From assembly GCA_964016885.1 (NCBI GenBank), contig OZ024747.1:74276001-74340000 (forward strand): 64,000 bases of DNA. Reading direction: 5' to 3'. The notes under the pieces are model-generated. The model was given only the letters and a program-made list of their open reading frames with translations. It was not told the origin of the DNA and did no database searches. A program made the position numbers and the translations under genes. Of this stretch, positions 14,100-27,676 are shown piece after piece. The stretch's first letter is position 1. Each line of letters begins with the position of its first letter. The DNA comes from Eledone cirrhosa (lineage: Eukaryota).

Positions 14100-14850
14100 A
14101 TCGGTACAGCGTCGGATAAAACATGTTACCGTATTTAGTGCAACCTTTTTACGTTCTGATTTCAAGTCCTGCCGAGGTTAGCCTTGCCTTTCATCCTTAC
14201 CTGGTCGATAAAATAAAATACCAGTAACGTACTGAGGTAGATTTCATCGACTTTCTCATTTCTCTTCTACTGAAGGGAAAAAGGAAAGTATAAATGTTTC
14301 TTATAGTCATTATTATTTACCAGTAAAAGGGCGGTGAATTGGCAGTATTGGTAGAGGGTCAGACACGCTTTCCAGCGTAGTTACGTCCCTTTACGATCTG
14401 AGTTCAAATCCCGCTGAGGTTAACTTTGCCTTTCATCCTTACGGGGTCGATAAAATAAAGTACCAGTTATGTACTGGGTAATTGCTGGCCTTGTGCCAAA
14501 AGTAGAAACAATTATTATTTACAACCCGTTATTATTTCAAATCCCGCCGAGGTTAACTTTGCCTTTCATCCTTACGGGGTCGATAAAATAAAGTACCTGT
14601 AATGCACTGGGTAATTGCTGGCCTTGTGCCAAACGTAGAAACAATTATTATTTACGACCCGGTGAATTGACAGTATCGGTAGAGGATTGGACGCCATGCT
14701 TTCTAGCATAGTTACGTCCCTTTACAGTCTGAGTTTAAATCCCGTCGAGGTTAACTTTGCCTTTCATCCTTACGGGGTCGATAAAATAAAGTACCAGTAA
14801 TGTACTGGGTAATTGCTGGCCTTGTGCCTAAAGTAGAAACAATTATTATT
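14100..14850 (+). mobile_element. Cluster of four head-to-tail SINE copies; the last three are near-identical
   Basis: GAGGTTAACTTTGCCTTTCATCCTTACGGGGTCGATAAAATAAAGTACC at ~14417, ~14549 and ~14747, plus an older copy at ~14174. Confidence 0.9.
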
Positions 14851-15819
14851 TTTATATTCCAGGTTTAATAAAATAAACATTCATCCCATTACATGGATAG
14901 AAGAAATCTTTTTTAAATGTGTATACATATTTGCATGGTCAACCCATTTGGGCAATAGTACAGACTTGTGCTATGTATGGAGGTCCCCAGCAACCACACA
15001 TAGTCGGGTGGGCATACTGACATACGGGTACAAATGACTTCTTGTTATCAGGCTATTCCGTCTAGGAATTCAAATACTCCTGGCCAGGAATAATCCCCCT
15101 CCTAAGATGTTGATGTGCAGACTTATATTTGTACGATTTATTGTTGAAATACTTCAGAAAACAACGTGCTATATGAGTGTTAATAGTGATTAGAAGAATA
15201 TCGACATATTTATTGATTGGAAGATTATACTAAATTCTTACTCCATTTTGAAAGTCAGTGTGAATATTCTTAAAGAATACACAGAGAACAAAAACAACAT
15301 TCATAAATCTAAAATCAATGAATTGACGAAACAGTTTAGTCACTATATTAACAACTTCTAATTTGAAACCGTTATTTATGTCTTTATTTTTGAATTTATT
15401 ATCAAATGCATTTTTCACTAGAAGAAATAATTTAACATGACAATAAATTAACGAAGGACCTTTGATTCCGGGATTGTGAAAGGCCTCACTTTCGAGCAAA
15501 ATATCAACCTCATTCTAATTCGAGACCCGTCTCTCATAAGAAGAAAACAAAGGTTCATGTCTTATGTAGAAAAAGTAATTCAATATAATTGTTATAAATA
15601 TAAATGTGTGAATTTAAGAAGATTCATTAATTTACTGAGAGTAAATGAGCCCCAATAAATTCTTACGCGATTGTATTTTGCCTCTGGAACTAAAAATATC
15701 TCCTTTCGTTCAGAATGGAATCGATTGACTAGCTAGACGAAGCAATAAAATCCTTTCCAATGAAACACTATTGTCTTTAAAGGAGGTGAGTTTTATTGGA
15801 AGATATAGTCGTGGTGTAT

Positions 15820-16460
15820 GTTTGTGTAAGACCAACAGTCGCCCATGCATGCCAGAGTACCCATTCCACGTCAGGAAAGATAAAAGCCGATACAAAGTGG
15901 CACCAATGACGTCGCAACTCATTTCTACAATTAAGTGAAGTGGAGCAGCGTGATGGGATTCGAACTCACAACTTTACGATCGTGAACTCAACGCTCTAAC
16001 CACCAAGACAGAGCATTTTGTCTGACGTTCTACCGATTCTGTCTTTCTATACAATAATTGTTTCTACTTTAGGCACAAGGCCAGCAATTATCCAGTGCAT
16101 TACTGGTACTTTATTTTATCGACCCCGTAAGGATGAAAGGCAAAGTTAACCTCGGCGGGATTTGAACTCAGATCGTAAAGGGACGTAACTATGCTGGAAA
16201 GCATGGCGTCCGACCCTCTACCGATACTGCCAATCCGCCGCCTTTCTATACAATCCGCTGTCTTTCTATACAATAATGGTTTCTGATTTAGGGACAAGAC
16301 CAACAGTTTTGGAGAGGAGAAAGTCGATTAAATCGTACTTTATTTTATCGACGCATTAAGGACGAAGGCAAAGCTAACCTTGACAGGACTTGAACTCAGA
16401 AAATAAATGGACGTAACTCTATACAGCAAAGCGTATTGTCCGAGGCTTTACCGATTCTGC
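15820..16460 (-). mobile_element. Stack of one CORE-type and two Nin/Deu-type SINEs
   Basis: 16055-16240 is the reverse complement of the 14330-14520 unit; 16270-16460 is a diverged copy. Confidence 0.8.
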
Positions 16461-19129
16461 TATTCTCTACAACAATACCAATAACATTAGTTCCTAACAT
16501 TAGCAGATTACAACAATTTGATAGAGAGTAAAGTTAGGGTAAAGTTAATTAAGAGCCATTATAAAATATTATGATTGAATAAATACAGAAAATTTGTCAA
16601 CATTGCCATACGCCCTCACTTATTTCATATAATACTGGGTATATTGAGTACAGTAGTACCCATTGAACAACACGATAATTTCCATAAGTAAATAATATAA
16701 AATAATTGCTATGAATAATACAACAATGCGCTGGGCCATGGGGTGGTGTAAAATATTATACAATAATGCTTTTTTTTTCTAAAATTACAAATAATGATTT
16801 CTAAAACTAATACAAGATTGTGTGGCTACTCTAGGTTACATGTATCTATGGTTCCGTAACTCCTGGGGTAGACGTACTGGAACCGTATTGACATACGGCA
16901 TTTCTAGGGCATATTTTTAAAATCTGGTGGAGCCCATCTCCTCTCCAGCTAGGAATACAGCAGATTTCTTCCAGAGAAGGATTGAGAGAATGGAAGTGAG
17001 AACAGAAAAGCCAATCCAATACAAACAGGTTCCTGTGAAATTTGAACTTGGAACGCTTAGATTCGGAACATATATCACAAGGTGTTTCCTCTACACCGCT
17101 AAAATCTCTGTCTGTACATTGGTATTTTGTTAACTCAGAATGGATGGAAAGAATTGACTTCGGTGTAACCTGAACTCAGATCGCAGAGTTAAATAAATGA
17201 AGTCTATCATACATAAAAGGTGACGAATTGGAAGAGTCGTTAGAAGGTAGAATAGAATTGTTTGCAGTGTAAGATCCGGCTCTGCTCTTTGGGTTCAAGT
17301 ACCGCTGAGGTTAACTCTGATTTTCATCCATTCCAAGTTGATAAATTAAGTATCAATCTAGTACTGGGGTCGATTCTTCCGCTATGTCTCATTCTCACTT
17401 TCTTTCTTTCACTTTCTATCCTTCTATGGAAGAATTCTGTTCAGGCCTGGAACCACTGGGGCTGGTGAAAGTAGTAACGAAGTCATTCAACTAAGTCAAA
17501 GTACCAAGTAACAGATATAGCATACGCTATTCAGTATTAGTTACTCTCTTTGTATAAATATTTCTCTTTCGTTTGTTGTTCGTTCTCTGTATGATCTGTA
17601 GTTCTGTGGGGCGTGGGGTAATATTTATTGAGATAGAAGAAGCCCCGAGTAGTGAAAAGGCTGAAAACCAGTTCTTTAGTTATATATTATTCTCCGATCT
17701 CACCATTTTGAATTAATATAATACATTGCTTGTATATGACATGATATGAGAAAACTAAAGATGTGGCGTCATGTTAAATAATTTTAGTTTCGTCCAATCA
17801 AAGAAGATTTTGTTGAAGTTGTAGACAAACGAATTGAATGATAATTGATTCCGGTTCAGTTTGAATATTACAGAGTATAGATAGTAACCGGAAGAGTGTG
17901 AAAAGTAGAGGTGGAAGAGATATATCACTGCTTAAGGGTGGGTCGTCATTGATATCAATCAATTATCGATTTTCGTGAAATAAAAATAAAAATTATACCA
18001 CCATTAATGTGTTCAGTTATCGATTACTACAATAGTATCCTCACAATACAGTATTTCTGAACATAAGCTTCTTTAACCACAACTGTCTGTGTGTAGGATT
18101 TTTACTCTACACCCGTTACTCCTGAGGGAATCGTTCGGGTGCCATATTGAAATACGGCGTTTCTAAGGCATTTTAAAACTCATTTAAGGGAACAAATAAA
18201 GGAAATGGAAAGCAATAAAAGAAAAAAGAATCAATTAAGGAAAGAAAGGGAGAAGGGAACTGACACAACACCCCATTCTAAGCGATGCCTCAGCCGCAGA
18301 GATTGGTAAGAGACAGGCTATCGACAGCCATACTATCTCACAGGGCTTCCTCCATGTTTTATGATAGCTGTGACTGTGAAAATCAGTTTAGTCGTCAGAA
18401 ATTTTACTTATTTACGTCCCTTTACCTTCTGAGTTCAAATTCTTGCCCAAGTCAACTTATCTTTTCATTCTTCTGTTGTCAGTAAAATAAAGAACCACAA
18501 ATATAAACTGGACATTTACACAGTTAACTCAACTCGAACTTTGCCCCAGCATGGTTACTATCTAATGACTGGAATCGGTAGATTATTAAAGAAAGGTACA
18601 TACATACCTATTCGCTATTACTCAAACACGAACACATACACAATTTTAAATAGTGTTTATTCACAGATGAATTCTTACATTTTCAAATACGAGAATATTT
18701 TCCTTCTCATGAATAACAAGAGAAAACTACAAACAACGAAATAAAAATATACTAAAAGTATTTACATTGAATCGAATCGGATTAATATATTTTCTCAAAA
18801 TGTAACAGTAAAAACAACAAAAAATTGAAAAGCAAAACAAGAAATTCACTAGTTTCATTCGCATAATTCTGATAGTACAAAAATCGTGAAGATTTGCACA
18901 AATTTCTGTGGTTTCTATTTAGTAAGAGCTTCAAAAGCAAGATAAACAAAATACCGGCATTATTATTTGGTCGGGATGTTTGCTGAGAATTCTTACGGCT
19001 ACCAAATATCTTGCACTCGATCAGATAAACTCGCGTGGTATTTCTTTGACTTCACATCTTTAACAACGAGAAAAAATATATAAAAGTAAACTGTGTCCTG
19101 CACACATATGCATACATACGTTTACATAT

Positions 19130-19211
<82 letters not shown>

Positions 19212-19238
19212 CTATATATGTGTGTATTCATACATACG

Positions 19239-19286
<48 letters not shown>

Positions 19287-19287
19287 A

Positions 19288-19318
<31 letters not shown>

Positions 19319-19547
19319 CGTACATATGTGTGTGTGTGTGTGTGTGTGTGGTATACACACACGAAAGTGTGTGTCGATAGTAACGTTCCGGTATCAGTGG
19401 AAAGAACCGCGTTGCTTTGATAAATTTGCTTGCTAAAGATTACCTTTAGGAAAATCTTAGAATTTTTTTACTTTTAACGATTTTCTGATGTATTTATAAA
19501 TTGGGGTTTCTGGTGAAATCCATTGACCTTTTTACTTACTATAGTAC

Positions 19548-19632
<85 letters not shown>

Positions 19633-19749
19633 AGGAAATTGTAGTTTACTTGAAGCATTGCGCAGTGAGATATAAACGTTTGGAGTTAGAAGGCCAGAAC
19701 AATGTTGGTATGGATATAGAATATAAATACAATTGCATTTATTTGAATA

Positions 19750-19790
19750 TCGTTAATTTTCGAGATAATGTCTCTTCTTCAGAGGGACGT
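19750..19790 (-). ncRNA. Degenerate minimal hammerhead in the PLE 3' repeat
   Basis: CTGAAGA-A-GAGA(CATTA)TCTC-GAAA; stem I is not intact. Confidence 0.55.
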
Positions 19791-20250
19791 AAAGGGGTTA
19801 ATCCAGTGTTCTAATTAGCTTGCCAAGTCATGCTGACAGGAAATAGTATAGAAATTCCATTCTATTTCTAAAGTCAAAGAGTGAAGGTTAGGTGGATAAA
19901 GGGGTTATCTCCCTTTAAAAGTGTTTGTACATGTATGTCTAAGTGTGTGTGTGCGTGTGTGAGTGTGTGAATGTGAGAGGATATGTTTATATGTAAATGT
20001 GGGGGCTAGATGCTCTATCATGTTAAAACTGGTCTATGTGTGTGTGTGAGAGAATAAGTGAAGGTGTAAGCGTGCGTGTGTCTGTGCGTGTGTGTGTGAG
20101 ATGGTGCGTGGCGGTGTAAGTGTGGGTCTACATGCTCTATCATGTTAAACATTGGTTGTTGAGTTCTAGTCTGTTATTGATTGGTGGTTGTGTTTTGTCT
20201 ATAATTAGTGCTTCTTTAATTCTAAGATTGCCGAGCTTTCTTTCCTTAGC

Positions 20251-21523
20251 TTCTATCCTATCTATCTATCTAGGGAGGGTAAAATTCCCGAGATCCATGG
20301 ACGAGATCTCTCCAGCGGTCTCTGTCCTTCATTATCGCTGCCATGTCCTGCGTCTCCAACAGACCAGTGTCTGTCCTTAGGGCATCAACATACGTTAACC
20401 TTGGTCTTCCTCTTCCAGTGTGTATATGTAGGTGCTCCACAGGAGCACTGAGTGCAATGTCAACTCTGGATGTCGGTGAGCATGTCCAGCTAACCTCAAT
20501 CTCGTCTGTGTCACTTTTGAGCTGACCTTTGGGAGGCTCCCATACAGCTCTGAGTTATTCATCCTCAGTGTATACTGAGGAATTTATTTGCACACATTTC
20601 TGTGGTCTCTATTTAGTAAGAGCTTCAAAAGCAGGATAAACAAAATACCGGCATTATTATTTGGTCGTGATGTTTGCTGAGAGTTCTTACGGCTACCAAA
20701 TATCTTGCATTCGATCAGATAAACTCGCGTGGTATTTCTTTTACTTCACATCTTTAACAACGTGAAAACATATATAAAAATATATGATGAAGACCTTACA
20801 GGCTTATGGAATCCCCAAGAAGATAGTGGACCTGATATCACTGCTCTACACCAACACCAAAGCCCAAATCATTACACCTGATGGGATGACATAGTTCTTT
20901 GAAATACTGTCTGGAGTGCTCCAGGGAGATACATTGGCTCCCGACCTTTTTATCATCGTAGTGGACTATTGAATGCGCCTTGCACTGGAGAAACACCAGG
21001 ACTCTGGCTTTACTGTAGTACCGGCTCAGAGCAGGAGAGTTAAGGCGAAAAAGGTATCAGATGCTGAATTTGCCGACGACATAGTTTTGGTGACACATAC
21101 AGTGAAGGAGGCAGATGATTTGATGCGGGAGGTTGAGACTGTGTCGATGAGTGTGGGGCTGTGAATGAATGAGACTAAAACAAAATATCTGGTAGAGAAT
21201 GTTGAGAAGCCAGAGGGGATCACTAATGTAGGCGGGAAGCCGCTAGAATTGGTTGAGGGCTTCCTGTATTTGGGAGCAAAGATTGGGAATACGAAAGATG
21301 ATGTGGTTGAGAGGAAGAGCAAAGCCTGGGCGTCGTGCCACAGCTTCAGATCGGTGTGGAAGTCGGACCGTCGTAAAGACCTTAAAATCCGCCTCTTCAT
21401 TGCTGTAGTGGAGTCTGTGCTGCTGTACGGGTCTGAGACTTGGACACTGACCAAGAAACTCACTCAGGTGGTGGATTTGTGCTACACGAGAATGTTGAGG
21501 ATGGCTCTGAACATTCTATCCTA
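20251..21523 (-). mobile_element. RTE-clade LINE insertion with 5' inversion and 10-bp TSD
   Basis: TSD TTCTATCCTA at 20251-20260 and 21514-21523; (TAGA)n tail; - strand 20568-20270 gives MNNSELYGSLPKV..LRLAGHAHRHPE..GRGRPRLTYVD. Confidence 0.9.
20784..21513 (+). pseudogene. RTE reverse transcriptase fragment (inverted segment), three in-frame stops
   Basis: GVLQGDTLAP, FADD, FLYLG and ESVLLYGSETWTL motifs in one frame. Confidence 0.92.
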
Positions 21524-22299
21524 ACTATTATGGTTTTGTCGGTGTTTTTGCATTTCACTAGGTGTTTCTTAAATGAGGAAGCGTTATTGTTGAGGTGTTC
21601 TTTTATTCTAATGTGAAGTGGTCTGGTGGTGCTACCCATGTAGAAATTGCTGCATTTGTCGCACTCTAATCTGTATACGACGTAAGCCTGGTGGCATAGG
21701 TCTGTGTCGTCGATGGGGCAGTTTGCTAGCCTGCAGCGGCTGTCATGTCTGGTGGAGTGTCTTTTGGTTAGCTGTCCACGTAGAGAAGGTCCTGAGTGGG
21801 CTAGCTGGATATCTAGTCCCTCTCGTCTGATAGCTCTGCGGATGGCTGTTGTTGTTTCGTCACTGAAGTGTGGGAGCTTCAGGAAGCAGGTGTTTGTGCC
21901 TCGGGTGTGGTGTACTCTGTTGTTTCTGGCACGGTTCGCGGTGGGCGTCGAGTATCCGTTCAGTTTAAGTACTTCCAGGAAATGTGTGGCGTGTGTGTCC
22001 CGGTCTCTTGCGTCGGTGCATTTGTTCTGGATACGTGTAGTTCGTTCCTTATGTATCCGAACTTAGCGCTGACTTGGAGGGCTGATCTGAAATGTACGAA
22101 CAGGTCCCTGCTGGCGGCTTTTTTTATAGAAGCAGGTGTGGATGTCGCCTTCCTCTGTTACCCTGAGTTGGAAGTCCAATGGGGAAAGGGATCCGCGATC
22201 ATCGGGGTGTTCCATGCTGAACTTTATATTGGTGGCCATGCTGGAGAATGTCATGTATATTTTATCTGCTTCTATATATATATATCTCTATATATATAT

Positions 22300-22370
22300 A
22301 TAGGAAAAATTCAGGACCCCAACGGCTGAGCTCCGGCTGCTTCAACAGGTAGATCCGAACTACCTGTTAA
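22300..22370 (-). mobile_element. Tiny pLTR fragment with fold-back end, same family as 25113-27446
   Basis: GACCCCAACGGCTGAGCTC matches 25205-25223; AACAGGTAG/CTACCTGTT hairpin; within (TA)n. Confidence 0.7.
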
Positions 22371-22380
22371 ATATATATGT

Positions 22381-22460
<80 letters not shown>

Positions 22461-23199
22461 GCGTGTATAAAAATATATATATTAATTACAGACAGTTGTG
22501 CTACACTTGTAAGAGTTCCGCATATCTTCAATTCCACCAGGTGAAATGTAAAACCTGTCGTGTAAATGGTAAAATGAATCAGTTATTGAAATAATATAAG
22601 AATTCTTTCTCTTTATTGATTCCGAAATTGGGTATAAAAGAAAGTTCCATAGATGAATCGTGTAGCTAGGAAAGAAGGTGGTTTGCTGAATTATTCATTT
22701 TCAGTTAGTTTCCGACAATAGAAGATCTGCTTCCGTTTTCATACACATACAATAAGAATTTCCTCAGTCGAAAGTTGGCATTATTTTACTTCTGTAGCTT
22801 CTGCTAGTGAATTCTTCTACGTGTGTCTCTTTACAGAAGGTTGTGGCTTACTAATATTTTCCTGATTGACGTGAATGACTATTGCAATAGAAGAAACCAT
22901 TCTATGCTTCCTTTGCATTTGAAAACACAGTTGGATGTAAATATTAGTGTACGATACTGATATCTGAGAAGAGATTTAACTAATTTCATATATGAGTCTG
23001 TTTTGTTGCTGTACTTTTATATATATGTTGTAAAGTGAAGTGGTCTAATAATATTTATTTTAAATATCAGAATGTCTAAAATGTCGTTTTATTGGTTGTA
23101 AGACTGTGAAGAGGTAGACGGTACATCCTACACTGTTCTCTGAATGGAAATCAATAATTGGGTGTTTTCTTACATAAAATAAACGCAATGTGCCCTAAC

Positions 23200-23285
23200 T
23201 ACGAGGGTCGGCTGAGAAGTTCATATGTTGACCAAGATACTCTCATGGAATGACCAAATGAGGTTTTTTTTTAACATAATCCCTG
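23200..23285 (+). mobile_element. Solo mariner-like terminal inverted repeat
   Basis: TA-CGAGGGTCGGCTGAGAAGTTC start typical of mariner TIRs; no partner end seen. Confidence 0.45.
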
Positions 23286-24078
23286 GAACGAAACAATGCA
23301 GTTATTATAAAGACATGGAGGATAATAATTTATCATTTAATAAAATTTATTTAATTTATCCCGTAACTCATGCGGGATTCGTACGGGCACTGTATTGATA
23401 TACGGGATTTCTTGGACATTTTCAAATCTGACGGAACCCATCTCTCCTCCAGGTCTGAATACAACAGATTTATTCTAAAGAAGGATAAACATTGAGAGAA
23501 TGGAGGTGGGAAAACGATAAAGAGAAGGAATCGACCCTAGAACTAGACTGGTACTTTTGTATTGACCTTGAATAGATAAACAACAAAGTTGACCTCGGGA
23601 GGATTTGAACTCAGAGAGCAGAGAGACGAAACGAATACCGCAAATCATTCTATCCGACGTTCCAACGACGCCTTATAAAACCTACATAAGATAATTTAGC
23701 TATCAAATAAAGAGAAAATTATATCAGGACTAAAATATATTATGAAAATTTAGGGGTTCTGTTATTATTATGTAACTATTCAGATTAAGAAATGGTGGGG
23801 TTGAAATTTCGAGTTCCCCATTAAAATGATGGCCCTCGCTAAAATGGTGTTCCCATTAAAATGACCCCCACTACATTAAAATGTTCTCAATTAAAATGCA
23901 GTTTTAAAATGCAGTTTCTCAATTAAAATGTTGTTTCTACGAATTTCCAAACATTCAAGTTGCTAGCAAATTTATTGGAATGAGCTGTGAAGCCATTCAA
24001 ATAAATATATTTGCTCTTGATTTATTTTTCCTTTTCGCAAAAATGAAACTTTAGAAATGAGAGAGAGAAAGAGAGAGA

Positions 24079-24168
<90 letters not shown>

Positions 24169-25205
24169 GAACTTGTAGAATGTATATTTCAGAATCATTA
24201 ACGGCAGTAAAAAAAATCATTCCATCTGAGAATCATATCCAAGATATTACTAATATTCTTCGCTGCAGCCACAAAACACCAACTTGCTAACATACTCTGA
24301 AAAACCTATATCTGCTTGCTTATATTTATTTTCCAAACTTTTCAAGAACTAATTTAACAGAAAATAACTAAATATAACTATATATAATGATTTCTAGTAT
24401 AGGCACAAGGCCAGCAATTTTTTTTTTTGGGGGGGGGGGGGGGTCGATTAAATAGACCCGAGCATGTTACTGGTGCTTTATTTTATCGATCCCGTAAGGA
24501 TGAAAGGCAAAGTAAACCTCGGCCGATAATGATTTTTAATTTAGACACTAGGCCACCAATGTTTAAGGGTTTTACAAGTCATTTTCTGTCTTACAATCAA
24601 AAGACGTCGTTGGCAGAACGAGTGATTATGCAGACGAAGTTTGTGCTAGGCCAATGGAGGAGTTGGACAATATTTGTAATTTTGTTTTTAAAAAAACAAT
24701 TCTTATAACTGCAGAATTCTGTCTACAATTATGCGATGAGAATTATCACCATTTCTTCTAGGGACTGTCATCACCTTAATGGTTTTTATCACAAGGTTTC
24801 AGTCATTGTATCTTCCAGATTTCTCAGGGGTCTGTTGAAATCTGTAATTATTTAGAAATTTCGAATATAACTCTTTATTCTAAACCATGGGGACAGATTA
24901 TTCACATCCCATTGTACACCCCCAGGGTGTCTTCTTCATAATTAGATACTTGATGGTTATACATAGTTTAGTATGTATAACAATGTATGTCTTAAATGAA
25001 ATCTAATATTTACATTAGTGTTAGCTTGATTAAGAATTATTCTGGCAAAGTATAACTACATTTCAACCGAGGCGATGGTTGAGTTTTTGCAGGCATATAT
25101 ATATATATATATAACGAAAGAAATGTGGTAAGGAACCAATTGGACCATAACGCACCAAAGTACTCAACACTTAGGGTAGTAGAGTGGGTAATAGGAACAA
25201 GTATG

Positions 25206-25301
25206 ACCCCGACGGCTGAGCTCAATCCGTTTCGACGGCTAATTCTGGACTAAATAAGAATTTTTAGCCTGGTAAATGAATAGCCGAACTTCTCAGGGGG
25301 T
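25206..25301 (-). ncRNA. Hammerhead-like motif with variant core (inverted arm)
   Basis: Reverse complement of 27337-27430; stem I ACCCC/GGGGT. Confidence 0.65.
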
Positions 25302-25534
25302 AATTCCATATATGGTAAAAAAGTGATTGTCACAAGGATTGATCAAAAGTTTGTTGTTAAGATATATGATTCTATTATGGCATTTTGTGGAAGGTAGGGA
25401 TAGCTGAACTTGCCAGTAGAAGAAGGAGGGAGAGGGAGAGGAGGAAACCCAGTCAAGCGTTGAAACTGAAATCTATACAACAGTGGCTTCCGGGAGAAAA
25501 TATCCTATTATCTAGCTTCCATTAGCGGAACCAG

Positions 25535-26281
25535 CAGGCGACACCGCCGCTCAAGCAACGTAACGTGGTTCAATCCTACCCACAATGCTGAGGTGACAAC
25601 ACCTATCGGGAAAATCTTCTTTAGGCTCATCGAAAAACATTTTCCACTACAACACCGCTACCACAACATAATCAACAAAAACACCATCAAACTCTCCTAC
25701 AGCACCACACCTAACTTTGCACAAAACATCGTCTCCTCTATCAACAAAAAACTCAGCCCCTATGGAAGAAATAACCTAGACAGCAGTGGAGAGCCGACCA
25801 GGAGGTGTAACTGCCTAATGGATCCCTTTGCCCCCTCAACAACAGATGCCGAGATCGTAATGTAATCTACCAGTGCAACGTGAGGACGGACACCTCCAAC
25901 AAAGCTTATATAGGATTAACCGCTTGTGACTTCAAGACCCGGCTCTACCTACACAGACATACTTTCCGAAACCCGGCCCGGCGTCACGCCACTACACTTT
26001 CGGACAACATCTGGGACCACAAAGATAATAATATAACCTACAATCTCACTTGGAGCTTACTGTCCAGAGCCAACTCTTACACGGGAGGACGCCGTCCGTG
26101 TAACTTATGCTCGGAGGAAACAATACAAATGTTGTTTTCGACGGACCAACTCCTAAACAAGAAAGACGAACTGGTAACTGCATGCAAACACAGATTGCGT
26201 AGGACTTACCTCGCCCTCAAACCCCATAATGACCCGGGGGGTAGACAAGGGCTGAAACAGCCCCACTTGCCGACTTTGTAA
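25535..26281 (+). pseudogene. PLE linker plus GIY-YIG endonuclease, frameshifted
   Basis: WFNP..KLSYS..CNC, then NVIY..KAYIGLT..FKTR..H..TTLS..IW..CNLCSEE..LLNKKDEL. Confidence 0.88.
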
Positions 26282-27336
26282 GGGGTAAGCCCTGCTTACA
26301 AACGTAGACGTAATTTTTTAGTATTTTTTATCGTTTCCTCTATATTTCCTTCTTCCCATCATCTCTTCCTAGTCCTTCCACCCCAGATCTCCTCCCTTGT
26401 CGTCGTTTTTTTTCACCTTCTCGCCCACCCTGATGCAACCCTTCTGTCCTCTGTAGCCTCAGTACCCCCACCCACTTATTTTATGATAGAATTGACCGAT
26501 TCCGCTCTTTATAGCAGATGTGCTAGACCCCAGATACTTGCTTTCTTTTCTGGTTGCTGCCCCATTTCCGGGATTTCTAAGTTTCTTAGTGGTATTTCTT
26601 TTAGTTTCGTGTATATTAGTATTTATGTTTTGGGATTCTAAATTAATATTTTGTATTAGTTTTTTATATATATTGTATGAGTATTTATGTATATTGTATT
26701 AGAATGTTTGTATGGTAGTAGTATTTATATATACTGTATTAGTATTTATGTTTTGGGATTCTGAATTAATATTTCGTATTAGTTTTTTCGTATATTGGCC
26801 CTCAACTTATTAATCTGTCATTGTAAGATAGCATTTGCCTGAATACTACTAACTATTGTAGTTACTACTAACTACTGTAATGATGGCCTCATAAAATTCT
26901 TTCACTACAATCTCGTATTTAGTATTCCTCCCCACCTATTAAACTTTTCTATAGCTTAACAATACCAGTGAGAGATTTGATGATTGTGGAAGGGGAGTAG
27001 TAACCAGAAATTGTTTTTTTATATGTTTTATATATTTCCTCATTTTTATAATGGCTTTTTTGTTTACTCCCTTTCGATTTACCTATTTTTTCAACTCCCC
27101 GCTCCCCTTCTGTAGTATGCTTTGTTCGACCTTCTATACACTATCCTTAGAATCTGCTGTATAGATTTCACTTTCAACGCTTGACTGGGTTTCCTCCACT
27201 CCCTCTCGCTCCTTCTTCTACTGGCAAGTTCAGCTACCCCTACCTTCCACAAAATGCCATGATAGAATTATATGTCTTAACAACAAACTTTTGACCAATC
27301 CTTGTGACAATCACTTTTTTACCATATATGGAATTA

Positions 27337-27430
27337 CCCCCTGAGAAGTTCGGCTATTCATTTACCAGGCTAAAAATTCTTATTTAGTCCAGAATTAGCC
27401 GTCGAAACGGCTTGAGCTCAGCCGTCGGGG
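27337..27430 (+). ncRNA. Hammerhead-like motif with variant core and long stem II
   Basis: CCCC-CTGAGAA-G..CGGCTA...TAGCCG.C-GAAA-CGGCT..AGCCG-TC-GGGG; GUC cleavage triplet. Confidence 0.7.
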
Positions 27431-27441
27431 GCATACTTGTT

Positions 27442-27475
<34 letters not shown>

Positions 27476-27531
27476 TATATGTGTGTACGTGTTATATATA
27501 TATGTGTATGCATATATGTGTATATGTATTC

Positions 27532-27676
<145 letters not shown>

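Larger units (their letters stand above)
19631..22256 (-). mobile_element. 5'-truncated PLE (RT C-terminus plus GIY-YIG), split by an RTE insertion
   Basis: The - strand gives NIKFSME..GSLSPLD, then VVYRLECDKCSNFYMGSTTRPLHIRIKEH (about 21680-21595), resuming at 20260 as RIEAKERKLGNLRIKEALIIDKTQPPINNRLE; ends at (TA)n. Confidence 0.88.
25113..27446 (+). mobile_element. 5'-truncated PLE with inverted pLTR
   Basis: 25190-25483 is the reverse complement of 27155-27446; GIY-YIG coding remnant between the arms; (TA)n flanks. Confidence 0.9.

Noticed and set aside
20784-21513. Selenocysteine or readthrough at in-frame TGA codons
   Set aside because: A TAG is also present, one TGA fits CGA decay, and the copy is truncated and inverted
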